This document shows positions 54,771 to 64,000 of a stretch of 64,000 bases of DNA, in pieces. The DNA lies in assembly GCA_036377735.1 (NCBI GenBank), contig DASUXU010000104.1, positions 10,904-74,903 of the forward strand, given 5' to 3'. Below the pieces are notes generated by a model, which did not search any database, was not told the origin of the DNA, and worked only from the letters and a program-made list of their open reading frames with translations. Each line of letters starts with the position of its first letter. The stretch's first letter is position 1. Both the position numbers and the translations under genes were made by a program. The DNA comes from Longimicrobiales bacterium (GTDB taxonomy: Bacteria > Gemmatimonadota > Gemmatimonadetes > Longimicrobiales > RSA9).

Positions 54771-56132
54771 TCAGGTTCCGAACATTCCCGGCATCCGCGG
54801 ACCACCGAAGCCGCGCGGCATTCCCTTCTTTCCCCCACCCATCCCCTTCAACTGCTTCATCATCTTCTGCATCTGCTTGAACTGGTCGAGCAGCCGGTTG
54901 ATCTCCTGCACCGGCCGGCCGCAACCCTTCGAGATGCGAAGACGCCGCGAGCCATTGAGGAGCTCCGGCTTCTGCCGCTCTTTCGGCGTCATCGACAGGA
55001 TGATCGCCTCCACATGCTTCATCTGCTTCGGGTCCACCTTCGCCTGCTTCAGTGCCTTCGCGTTCACGCCCGGCACCATCTTCAGCAGACCTTCGAGCGG
55101 TCCCATCTTCTGCATCTGACGCATCACCGAGAGGAAGTCCTCGAGATCGAACTTCCCTTCGCGCGCGACTTTCTTCTCGAGGCGTTTCGCCTCATCCTGG
55201 TCGAACGCCTCCTGCGCCTTCTCCACCAGGCCGACCACGTCGCCCTGCTGGAGGATCCGGCCCGCCATGCGCGCCGGATCGAAGACTTCCAGGCCGTCCA
55301 GCTTTTCGCCGACGCCGACAAAACGGATCGGCACGCCTGTGACGCCGCGGATCGACAACGCTGCACCACCGCGCGCGTCGCCGTCCATCTTCGTCAGTAC
55401 CACACCGGTCAGCGGGATCGACGCATGGAAACCTTCCGCAATGCGGACCGCTTCCTGACCGATCATCGCATCCACGACGAGCAGCGTCTCCGCCGGCTTC
55501 GTCAGGTCCGCGACACGCTTCAGCTCCTGCATCAGCGCGTCGTCGATCTGCAGACGACCGGCGGTGTCGAGAATCAGGACGCGATGACGGCCTGCGTCCG
55601 CCTCCTGCACCGCACGCTTCGCGAGCTTCGCGACATCCTTCTCGCCGCGATCCGCGAACACCGGGACCTTGATCTGCTTCCCCAGCGTCTCGAGCTGGTC
55701 GATGGCGGCCGGACGCTGCACGTCCAGCGCCGCCAGCATCGGGTTACGACCCTCGCGCGCGAGACGCTTCGCAAGCTTCGCCGCCGTCGTCGTCTTACCC
55801 GAACCCTGCAGACCTGCCAGCAGGATCACGGTCGGACCGACCGGCGCGACCTTCACACCCTCCGAGCGATCGCCCAGCAGCTGCACGAGCTCGTCGTGCA
55901 CCACCTTCACGATCTGCTGGCCCGGATTCACCGACTTCAGGACCGTCTCGCCAACCGCGCGCTCTTCCACGCGGGCGATGAAGTCCTTCACCACACCGAA
56001 ATTGACGTCCGCCTCGAGCAGCGCGCGGCGTACCTCGCGCAGGCCCTCCCGGATCATCGGCTCCGTCAGGAGACCGCGTTTCCGGAAGCGCCCGAGGACG
56101 GTATCGAGTTTTTCCGAAAGTTCTTCGAACAT
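54771..56132 (-). CDS. ffh: signal recognition particle protein Ffh
   Basis: NG domain (GLQGSGKTTTAAKLA, DTAGRL) and a Met-rich M domain. Confidence 0.95.
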   Translation of the reverse strand: MFEELSEKLDTVLGRFRKRGLLTEPMIREGLREVRRALLEADVNFGVVKDFIARVEERAVGETVLKSVNPGQQIVKVVHDELVQLLGDRSEGVKVAPVGPTVILLAGLQGSGKTTTAAKLAKRLAREGRNPMLAALDVQRPAAIDQLETLGKQIKVPVFADRGEKDVAKLAKRAVQEADAGRHRVLILDTAGRLQIDDALMQELKRVADLTKPAETLLVVDAMIGQEAVRIAEGFHASIPLTGVVLTKMDGDARGGAALSIRGVTGVPIRFVGVGEKLDGLEVFDPARMAGRILQQGDVVGLVEKAQEAFDQDEAKRLEKKVAREGKFDLEDFLSVMRQMQKMGPLEGLLKMVPGVNAKALKQAKVDPKQMKHVEAIILSMTPKERQKPELLNGSRRLRISKGCGRPVQEINRLLDQFKQMQKMMKQLKGMGGGKKGMPRGFGGPRMPGMFGT

Positions 56133-56227
56133 CCGCGCAGTCCCGGGGCAACAGCTCTGTAAAGACCAGAGCCGATTAATCTACCCCATTACCGGAGGCG
56201 GCTCAAGAGGGCACACCGCCCTCCGGC

Positions 56228-57511
<1,284 letters not shown>

Positions 57512-57594
57512 GTATGCACGCCTCACAAGAGAATCCCGCCCCCGCGTGATCGCGAGCGGCGGGCATCAGCCGTCCCGTTTCGGGTGGAAGCTAT

Positions 57595-59388
57595 CTACGC
57601 CGGAGAAGCGACGCCACCCCGCGCCGGATCGCCGTCCGTGGACGGCGCCAGCAGCACGGTGAGCTCGGAGTTTGGCAGGATCTGGGTTCGCCGGCTGACG
57701 GGTGTACCTGCCCCACGTGCGCGCGTCAGAAGCGGCAGGGCCGAGCGGTGTTCTGCATTCTCGACGCGCGTCAGCACACCGCCGAGGTCTGCCGGTTCTT
57801 CTTCTGTGGAGGACCACGTGGTGAACGACGTGTTTCTGGAAGCCGCGAGTCGGATCCAGCGGTCGAGATCGATGGGTCCGCCGAACAGCACCTGCACGCC
57901 AGACTCCAGCGCGCTCTCCTCCGTGACGGCGGCCTTTCCGCGCCGAAGTGCTGCAAACGCAGTAGGAACCCGATACCGCGTCCTTGCCTGCTGCGCTATC
58001 ACAAGGTTCGCGCCTTCATTGGGCGTTACCGCAATCAGACCACGCCGCCCTTCGATGTCCGCCTGCTGCAGAACGACTTCGTCATGGCCGTTGCCGTACA
58101 GGACGCGCAACCCGTCCGCTTCCGCTGCACGCACGTCGAGCTCGTTCGTGTCGATGAGCGCTACATCCTCACCCGCATCGAGCAGTGCGCGTCCCAGACG
58201 CCGGCCGAGCGCATTCGCGCCGACGATGATGTAACCCGCCTCCGACGGCCGCCTGATGCCGAGCTTCGTCGCAACCCATCCGCCGGACAGACCCTGCACC
58301 ACGACAGTGACTGCTATAACGAGGAAGACCATCGCGGCGAATGCCTCACCCACAGGCATCCCCGCTTCCGTGAGCCGGCGGGCGAATACGGACGCGACTG
58401 CTGCCGCGACGATGCCGCGCGGGCTGAGCCACGCCATGAACGCGCGCTCCTTCATCGTCAGCGTCGTGCCACGCGCGCTGGCTGCAATGTCGAGCGGCCG
58501 GATGACGAACATGATGACGGCGACGGTGCCTATGCCGCCCCAGCCGAGGCCGATCACACTCGACAGCCTGACGTCCGCGGCCAGCAGGATGAACAGGCAG
58601 CCGACGAGCATCACCGCGAGCTGATCCTTGAAGTCGCGCAGCTCGCGTGCGACGCGCGACCGGACGTTCCCGACGATGAGGCCGGCGACCGTTGCGGCAA
58701 GAATGCCGCTCTCGGGCTGAATGGCGTCGCTTACTTCATGAAGCGCCAGCACGAGCGAGAGGATGAGGATGTTCTCATATCCTTCCGGCAGCCACCGCTC
58801 CGACTTGAGCAGCCGCGCGATGACAATGCCGCCGATCGCGCCGACACCCGCACCCAGCAGCAGACGCGTCGGTAGTCCCACGAGATGCAGCGCCGCGCCG
58901 CCGGTAGTCTCCGCGAGCACGATCTCGAGCGTGACCACGGCGAGGATTGCGCCGATGGGATCGATCATCACGGCTTCCGCTTCGAGGATCGTCGCCACGT
59001 TGGCGTTGACGCGGATGCGCTTGAGCAGCGGGATGATGACCGTGGGTCCGGTGACGATGAGCAGCGCTCCGAACACGGCGGCGATTGGCCAGGTCCAGCC
59101 GAGCAGCCAGTGCGCCGCCATCGCACTGCCGATGGCGGTGATCAGCGCACCTGTGAGAATCAGCCGTCTGATGACGACGGCTTCACCGCGCAGCCGCTCG
59201 AAGTTCAAGGCGAGGCCGCCCTCGAACAGGATGATGGCGACGGAGAGTCCGACGATGTGTGAGAGCGCAGGCCCGAGCGTCTGCGGCCGGATGACGTTGA
59301 GCAGCTCGGGTCCGAGAATCACGCCGAGCAGAAGCAGCAGGACGATGCCGGGAATGCGCAGACGCGCGGCAGCGATCTGCGCAACCAC
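57595..59388 (-). CDS. CPA1-type cation:proton antiporter with a C-terminal TrkA-N/RCK domain; the true start is probably upstream
   Basis: Na/H exchanger TM domain plus IIVGANALGRRLGRAL (Rossmann). The GTG at 59388 leaves a truncated first TM segment (see finding). Confidence 0.8.
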   Translation of the reverse strand: MVAQIAAARLRIPGIVLLLLLGVILGPELLNVIRPQTLGPALSHIVGLSVAIILFEGGLALNFERLRGEAVVIRRLILTGALITAIGSAMAAHWLLGWTWPIAAVFGALLIVTGPTVIIPLLKRIRVNANVATILEAEAVMIDPIGAILAVVTLEIVLAETTGGAALHLVGLPTRLLLGAGVGAIGGIVIARLLKSERWLPEGYENILILSLVLALHEVSDAIQPESGILAATVAGLIVGNVRSRVARELRDFKDQLAVMLVGCLFILLAADVRLSSVIGLGWGGIGTVAVIMFVIRPLDIAASARGTTLTMKERAFMAWLSPRGIVAAAVASVFARRLTEAGMPVGEAFAAMVFLVIAVTVVVQGLSGGWVATKLGIRRPSEAGYIIVGANALGRRLGRALLDAGEDVALIDTNELDVRAAEADGLRVLYGNGHDEVVLQQADIEGRRGLIAVTPNEGANLVIAQQARTRYRVPTAFAALRRGKAAVTEESALESGVQVLFGGPIDLDRWIRLAASRNTSFTTWSSTEEEPADLGGVLTRVENAEHRSALPLLTRARGAGTPVSRRTQILPNSELTVLLAPSTDGDPARGGVASPA

Positions 59389-59488
59389 ACCGGCGGCGAG
59401 CGCCAGTGTGAAGGTGAGTGTGGCGTTTTCCAGGTTCAGCCGGATTCCCTGCTGCGGGTTGGCGCGTTCATACGCCTATACCAGGCGC

Positions 59489-60670
59489 TCACGCGCCTAT
59501 ACTACGCTCGCGGCTCCGGAGTAGAAAGAGCGCGGCGCAGCCGAGCTCGACAGCCTGACGGACGCCTTCGCCGGTCAGACGGGTAAGATCGTCGATTGGG
59601 CGATGCACGCGTCGCAGTGACCGGATGGAGCCGCGCAGCAGCGTGAGCGCCGGTGTGCCGGCCTCGACGATCGGGATGTGATCGAGCAGAATGCCGAACG
59701 GCACACTGCGGCGCTGCGTCGGCAGGTCCAGTGCTGCCGCGGCACTCAGGAGCGCGGCCGCGATGTGTGGCGCCTTGCCGCGCTTCCGCGGCCAGCCGAA
59801 ATCCTCGACCACCAGGAAGTCACCGCTGTCATCGATGCCGTCGACATTGATGACACCGAAGACGGGCGGGAGATGCCGCGCGATCGCGCGCGCACCGGCG
59901 AGGCCGAGCTCCTCCGCATCGGTGATGAGGAATGCGACGTCGCCCTCACCGGCTTCACGCTCCGCGACGCCCAGCAGTGTTGCCACGCCGCTCGCATTGT
60001 CGAGCGCACCGGGCGAATTGTTCTCGACCCAGCAGAAGATCAGGATGACGGACGCGATCACCGCTACCACACCCGCGGCGATGATGAAGCTGGAAGCCAC
60101 CTGTTGCGCGAGCGACATGAGTGCGAGAACTGCGAGCGCGGCCCATGCGATCAGCGAGAATGCGATGGCGGGCCCGCGGAACGCGAGCGGCACCGGCTGC
60201 GACTTCGAGTCGCGATGCGCCATCAGCAGATACTGCGGCCGTGCGCCGACCGCGCTGATCAGCAGGTTCTTCCCCTGCATGAGACCCCAGCCGAACCGGT
60301 CCAGCATCTTCTGAAGCAGAAATGCCACGCCCATGCAGAGCAGGAAGACTACGCCGAGAATGATGAGCGCGGCGACCGGATGGCCGTACAGAAGGAGTCC
60401 GGAGGCGGAGAAGCTGCCGATGAAGAGGATCACGCCGGCGATCGAGATGCCGAAGCGGCCGGTCCACGGATTGAATGAGAAGTCGTGCTCCTGAACGCGG
60501 TAGCCGAGCTGCTCGAAGCGCGCGCGCACCTCCGCCGTCACTTCCTCCGCGCCGTGCGAGCCGGTCAGGCGCGGCCGGGCGAGTGTGTGCAGCACGCCGG
60601 CTGCGTCGAACGCTGTACTGGCAGGCCGCGCCGCGAGCTGCGCGCGGATTTCGTCGGTATGGAATTGCAT
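59489..60670 (-). CDS. M28 family metallopeptidase with inserted transmembrane hairpins
   Basis: Zinc-ligand motifs MAHRDS, GALDNASG and TDAEELGLAG, with four predicted TM helices interleaved between them. Confidence 0.75.
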   Translation of the reverse strand: MQFHTDEIRAQLAARPASTAFDAAGVLHTLARPRLTGSHGAEEVTAEVRARFEQLGYRVQEHDFSFNPWTGRFGISIAGVILFIGSFSASGLLLYGHPVAALIILGVVFLLCMGVAFLLQKMLDRFGWGLMQGKNLLISAVGARPQYLLMAHRDSKSQPVPLAFRGPAIAFSLIAWAALAVLALMSLAQQVASSFIIAAGVVAVIASVILIFCWVENNSPGALDNASGVATLLGVAEREAGEGDVAFLITDAEELGLAGARAIARHLPPVFGVINVDGIDDSGDFLVVEDFGWPRKRGKAPHIAAALLSAAAALDLPTQRRSVPFGILLDHIPIVEAGTPALTLLRGSIRSLRRVHRPIDDLTRLTGEGVRQAVELGCAALFLLRSRERSIGA

Positions 60671-60720
60671 GGCTCGTTTCGGTTACAGGACAGCGGGCCC
60701 GAGCCAGGCCCGGACCACCT

Positions 60721-61602
60721 TCAGGTGAGACCCGCCTCCTGCATCACTCGCGCCACTGCCTGCAGCTCCTTCTTTCCCAACGGGCGCAACGGCGGGCGGG
60801 GTGCGCCGCCGACATAGCCCAGCGCTTCCGAAGCGGCCTTCACACCGACCGCGCCGTACGCGGCGACGATCTCCTTGTGAACCGGTGTAAGCCGGGCCTG
60901 GACCTGGCCGGCCGCCGCGCCGTTGCCCGCTTTGTATAGCGAGAAGACCTCGGCGCACCGCTCGGGCGCGAGCAGGCCGATGGCCACGATGCCACCCGCA
61001 GCCCCCAGTTCGAGCGCGGTATAGAGCAGCGCGCCGCTACCGACGAACAGGCGGCAGCCGGAGCCGCAGGCGTCCGTGTAGTCGGCGAACCGCTTCACGT
61101 CACCGGACGAGTCCTTGACGCCGATGACGTTGTCATGCCGGGTGAGCTCTGCAACCAGCCCCGGCTCCAGCGTCACCTTGGTGTATTTGGGGATGTGGTA
61201 GAGCATCACGGGCACCGGCGACGCCTCCGCCACGTCGCGGAAATGCGCAGCCATCGCTGCGGGTGCCAGGTGAGAGCCGAAATACGGCGGCGGGTGGACC
61301 AGCACCGCATCGGCGCCCGCAGCGGCGACGCGCTTCGCCTGGCGGATCGTCGCCCGAGTTGAGTCCGCACCCACACCTGCCAGCATCGGAAACCCGGCAG
61401 GTACGACGGAGCGCGCGAATCCCGTCAGGCGCTCCTTCTCCTCCTCATCCAGCAGCGCGCCCTCGCCGGTCGAGCCGAACAGCAGCACACCGTCGATCGG
61501 GTGCGCGAGCCATTTGCGGAGGTTCTCGCGAAAACCGATCGGCGCAACCTCGCCCGTCACACCGTCGAACGGCGTCGTAACGGGAACGATGATGCCGCTC
61601 AT
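60721..61602 (-). CDS. dapA: dihydrodipicolinate synthase / N-acetylneuraminate lyase family protein
   Basis: PVTTPF, GSTGEGALL and YHIPKYT motifs. Start at ATG 61602 (residue 10 of the track ORF), after the pilT stop. Confidence 0.75.
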   Translation of the reverse strand: MSGIIVPVTTPFDGVTGEVAPIGFRENLRKWLAHPIDGVLLFGSTGEGALLDEEEKERLTGFARSVVPAGFPMLAGVGADSTRATIRQAKRVAAAGADAVLVHPPPYFGSHLAPAAMAAHFRDVAEASPVPVMLYHIPKYTKVTLEPGLVAELTRHDNVIGVKDSSGDVKRFADYTDACGSGCRLFVGSGALLYTALELGAAGGIVAIGLLAPERCAEVFSLYKAGNGAAAGQVQARLTPVHKEIVAAYGAVGVKAASEALGYVGGAPRPPLRPLGKKELQAVARVMQEAGLT

Positions 61603-61621
61603 GCGAGCGGCGAGGCCTGCA

Positions 61622-62686
61622 TCACGCAAGGGTGCGCATCTTGAGCTCGAAGTCCGACGGATTGTTGGCTGAGGCGCGCGCGACCTCGAACGAGATCAGG
61701 TCCTGGTTCACCAGGTCGATCAGGTGCTGGTCGAACGTCTGCGAGCCGTACTGCTCTTTCCCCTCTTCCATCAGGTCGTAGATCTCGTGCACGCGATCCT
61801 TGTCGAGGATCGCGTCGCGGATCGTCGCCGTGACGATCATGATCTCTGCTGCGACGACACGGCCGTTGCCGTCCTTGCGCGGGAGAAGTCGCTGGCTGAC
61901 GACGGCGACCAGGTTCTCGGAGAGGCGGATGCGCACCATCTCCTGCTCATGCGGCGGGAAGACCGCAATGACACGTGAGATCGTCTGCACTGCGTTCGTT
62001 GTGTGAAGCGTGGAGAGCACGAGATGACCGGTCTCCGCGGCCTTCATCGCGGTATCGATCGTCGTCATGTCGCGCATCTCGCCGATCAGCACGACGTCCG
62101 GGTCCTCGCGCAGTGCCGCGCGCAGGCCGGACTCGAAACCGTCGGTGTCCGTGCCGATCTCCCGCTGCGTGATCGAGCAGTTCAGGTCGCGGTGCAGGAA
62201 CTCGATCGGGTTCTCGAGCGTGATGACGTGCTTCTTCCGCTGCTGGTTGATGTATCCGACCATGGCGGCGAGCGTGCTGCTCTTGCCGGAGCCCGTCACG
62301 CCGGTAACGAGAATCAGGCCGCGGTCGGCCAGCGCGATGCCTGCGAGCACAGGCGGCAGCCGAAGTGCGTCGAAGTTCGGGATGTCGATCGGGATGACAC
62401 GCATCACGATCATGAGCGTTCCGCGCTGCCGCAGGATGTTGACGCGGAAGCGGCCCACCCCGGGCGCGCTCCAGGAGCAGTCGTAATCCCTGATCTCGTC
62501 CAGCCGGTCGCGGTCGTGCTGGTGTGGTATCAGCTGGAGACAGATCTGACTTACCTGTTCAGGTGACAGGCGCTGCTGCGTCAGCGGTACGAGCTCGCCG
62601 GTAATCCGCGCGCGGATGAAGTCACCAGCCTTGATATGGATGTCCGAAGCGCCGCGCTGGATGGCGGCCTTGAAGATTTCGATCAT
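61622..62686 (-). CDS. pilT: type IV pilus retraction ATPase PilT
   Basis: ASDIHI, Walker A (GVTGSGKSST), GEMRD and TGHLVLSTLHT motifs. Confidence 0.9.
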   Translation of the reverse strand: MIEIFKAAIQRGASDIHIKAGDFIRARITGELVPLTQQRLSPEQVSQICLQLIPHQHDRDRLDEIRDYDCSWSAPGVGRFRVNILRQRGTLMIVMRVIPIDIPNFDALRLPPVLAGIALADRGLILVTGVTGSGKSSTLAAMVGYINQQRKKHVITLENPIEFLHRDLNCSITQREIGTDTDGFESGLRAALREDPDVVLIGEMRDMTTIDTAMKAAETGHLVLSTLHTTNAVQTISRVIAVFPPHEQEMVRIRLSENLVAVVSQRLLPRKDGNGRVVAAEIMIVTATIRDAILDKDRVHEIYDLMEEGKEQYGSQTFDQHLIDLVNQDLISFEVARASANNPSDFELKMRTLA

Positions 62687-62825
62687 GCTCGCTCAGGTGC
62701 GGGATCGGAAGCGCCGCTGCAAGGGTGCGCAGGGGCCGGCGTGACAACATAATGACCCGCGGCTCAACCCGCGACCTGTGCCGTGCCGACATCGGCGTCA
62801 CCGGCAGGACGCCGCCGACCGAACA

Positions 62826-63536
62826 TCAGAGAATGGTCACCCGCCGCACGTCCGGCAGCTTCAACAGCGTCTGGGTTGTGCTGTCATACCCGCCGGGCAG
62901 TCCGCGCGCCTGGAAGGATGCGAACAGGTCGGCATTCCGGCGCTCAACCTCGATCCCCGTCACGGTGAAGCCGGCCGCCGTGAGAAGCCGCTCGACATCG
63001 GCGAGGGCCGTCTCGCCATTGGACATCTCGACATTGATGGTGCGATCGGAGGGCCGGCGAGGCAGCAGGTGGTCCTCGACGCGGCCGAGGATCATCAGTG
63101 CGAGCATAACGAGGGCGGTGGCGAAGAGCGCAGGGATGTAGGCCTGCGCGCCGACTGCCATGCCGATCGCGGCCACTACCCAGAGTGTGGCGGCCGTCGT
63201 CAGGCCGGTGACGATCCCGCCGCGCGACTGCATGATCGTGCCAGCGCCGAGGAAGCCGATCCCGCTCACGATCTGTGCAGCAATGCGGCCCGGATCACCG
63301 GCGGCACCCGTCAGGACGTATGCGTCCGCTGCAACCTTGTTCGAGATCTCCATCAGCAGTGCGGCGCCGAGACAGATCAGGAGGTTGGTGCGAAACCCGG
63401 CGGGTTTGCCGCTCGCTTCGCGCTCCAGTCCGACCATGCCTCCGAGTGCCGCGGCGAGCAGCAGCCGCAGCACCATTTCGCGGTGCAGCTCGGCCGTATC
63501 GCGGAACCAGTCTATCACCAGCGGAAGCCACTCCAT
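62826..63536 (-). CDS. mgtC: MgtC/SapB family membrane protein
   Basis: GGMVGLEREASGKPAGFRT, 4-5 TM segments, and a soluble ACT-like C-terminal domain. Confidence 0.85.
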   Translation of the reverse strand: MEWLPLVIDWFRDTAELHREMVLRLLLAAALGGMVGLEREASGKPAGFRTNLLICLGAALLMEISNKVAADAYVLTGAAGDPGRIAAQIVSGIGFLGAGTIMQSRGGIVTGLTTAATLWVVAAIGMAVGAQAYIPALFATALVMLALMILGRVEDHLLPRRPSDRTINVEMSNGETALADVERLLTAAGFTVTGIEVERRNADLFASFQARGLPGGYDSTTQTLLKLPDVRRVTIL

Positions 63537-63566
63537 CGCGACCTCCCTCCCCGTTCGACGTTCAGA

Positions 63567-64000
63567 TCAATCGTTCAGACGACGCAATTCCTTGAGCAGC
63601 CCTGTCTTGTCCTTCGTTCCGGCGTCGACCTGCTTGATGACGCGCGCCGGCTGTCCCGCCACGACGACGTTCGCCGGCACGTCCGACGTCACGACCGCGC
63701 CCGCCGCCACCACACTGCCACGCCCGACCTTGCAGCCCTCGAGCACCACCGCATTGGCCCCGACCAGGACCTCGTCCTCGATGACGACCGGCGCAGCGCT
63801 CGGCGGCTCCAGCACGCCGGCCAGCACGGCGCCCGCGCCGATGTGGCAGTCTGCTCCGACGAGGGCGCGCGCGCCCACTACGGCGTTCATGTCGATCATC
63901 GTGCCTGCGCCGATGACTGCGCCGATGTTGATCACCGCGCCCATCATCACAATCACGCGCTCACCGATCTCGACCTTGTCACGGATCACCGCTCCCGGCT
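63567..64000 (-). CDS. dapH: tetrahydrodipicolinate N-acetyltransferase (hexapeptide repeat); N-terminus beyond the window end
   Basis: [34 protein letters not shown]...[30 protein letters not shown] closely parallels Bacillus DapH (YkuQ). The frame stays open to position 64000. Confidence 0.85.
   Translation of the reverse strand, partial: PGAVIRDKVEIGERVIVMMGAVINIGAVIGAGTMIDMNAVVGARALVGADCHIGAGAVLAGVLEPPSAAPVVIEDEVLVGANAVVLEGCKVGRGSVVAAGAVVTSDVPANVVVAGQPARVIKQVDAGTKDKTGLLKELRRLND

Overview
This is a high-GC, gene-dense chromosomal segment from a diderm bacterium: it encodes an outer-membrane porin, many lipoproteins, PilT, and Sec and Tat signals. The proteins loosely resemble Gemmatimonadota-like lineages, but I could not verify that. 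I call 61 protein-coding genes (about three quarters on the minus strand), one tRNA-Lys(UUU), six hairpin terminators and several promoter or operator sites.

The content is mostly core and housekeeping. In order:
- pgi, an MBL hydrolase, pyk, and RNase D.
- Class II RNR (nrdJ) behind a sigma70-like promoter with tandem NrdR boxes.
- A tightly packed ~9 kb minus-strand cluster joining murQ-anmK-nagZ (muropeptide recycling) to an unknown lipoprotein, a GT-C glycosyltransferase, a lipoprotein amidase and two small ORFs.
- An M20 amidohydrolase, ggt, an ABC exporter, ccdA, agmatinase, and fur with its own Fur box.
- A TIGR00300-like gene, NrnA, a PHP phosphoesterase, and a DedA-CoaE fusion.
- A fused E1 alpha/beta dehydrogenase.
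- A cluster of porin, DUF3108, YceI and DUF445 next to a NarX/NarL-type two-component system with a second PAS-GAF kinase.
- The conserved ffh-rpsP-rimM-trmD-rplS-rnhB operon.
- purA, a CPA1 antiporter, an M28 peptidase, dapA, pilT, mgtC and dapH.

I found no rRNA, CRISPR array, transposase, integrase, prophage or recognisable defence gene. I do not see a clear-cut novel multi-gene system. The best leads are:
- Two tandem paralogous small disordered proteins, one below the ORF-track cutoff.
- A membrane-anchored DedA-CoaE fusion.
- A LytTR regulator with a degenerate receiver domain.
- An M28 peptidase interrupted by two transmembrane hairpins.
- An unknown protein translationally coupled to a TIGR00300-like enzyme.
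- The extended peptidoglycan-recycling cluster.

All family calls come from motif recognition by eye, not from searches. Hand-derived coordinates (internal starts, RNA and regulatory sites) may be off by 1-2 nt.
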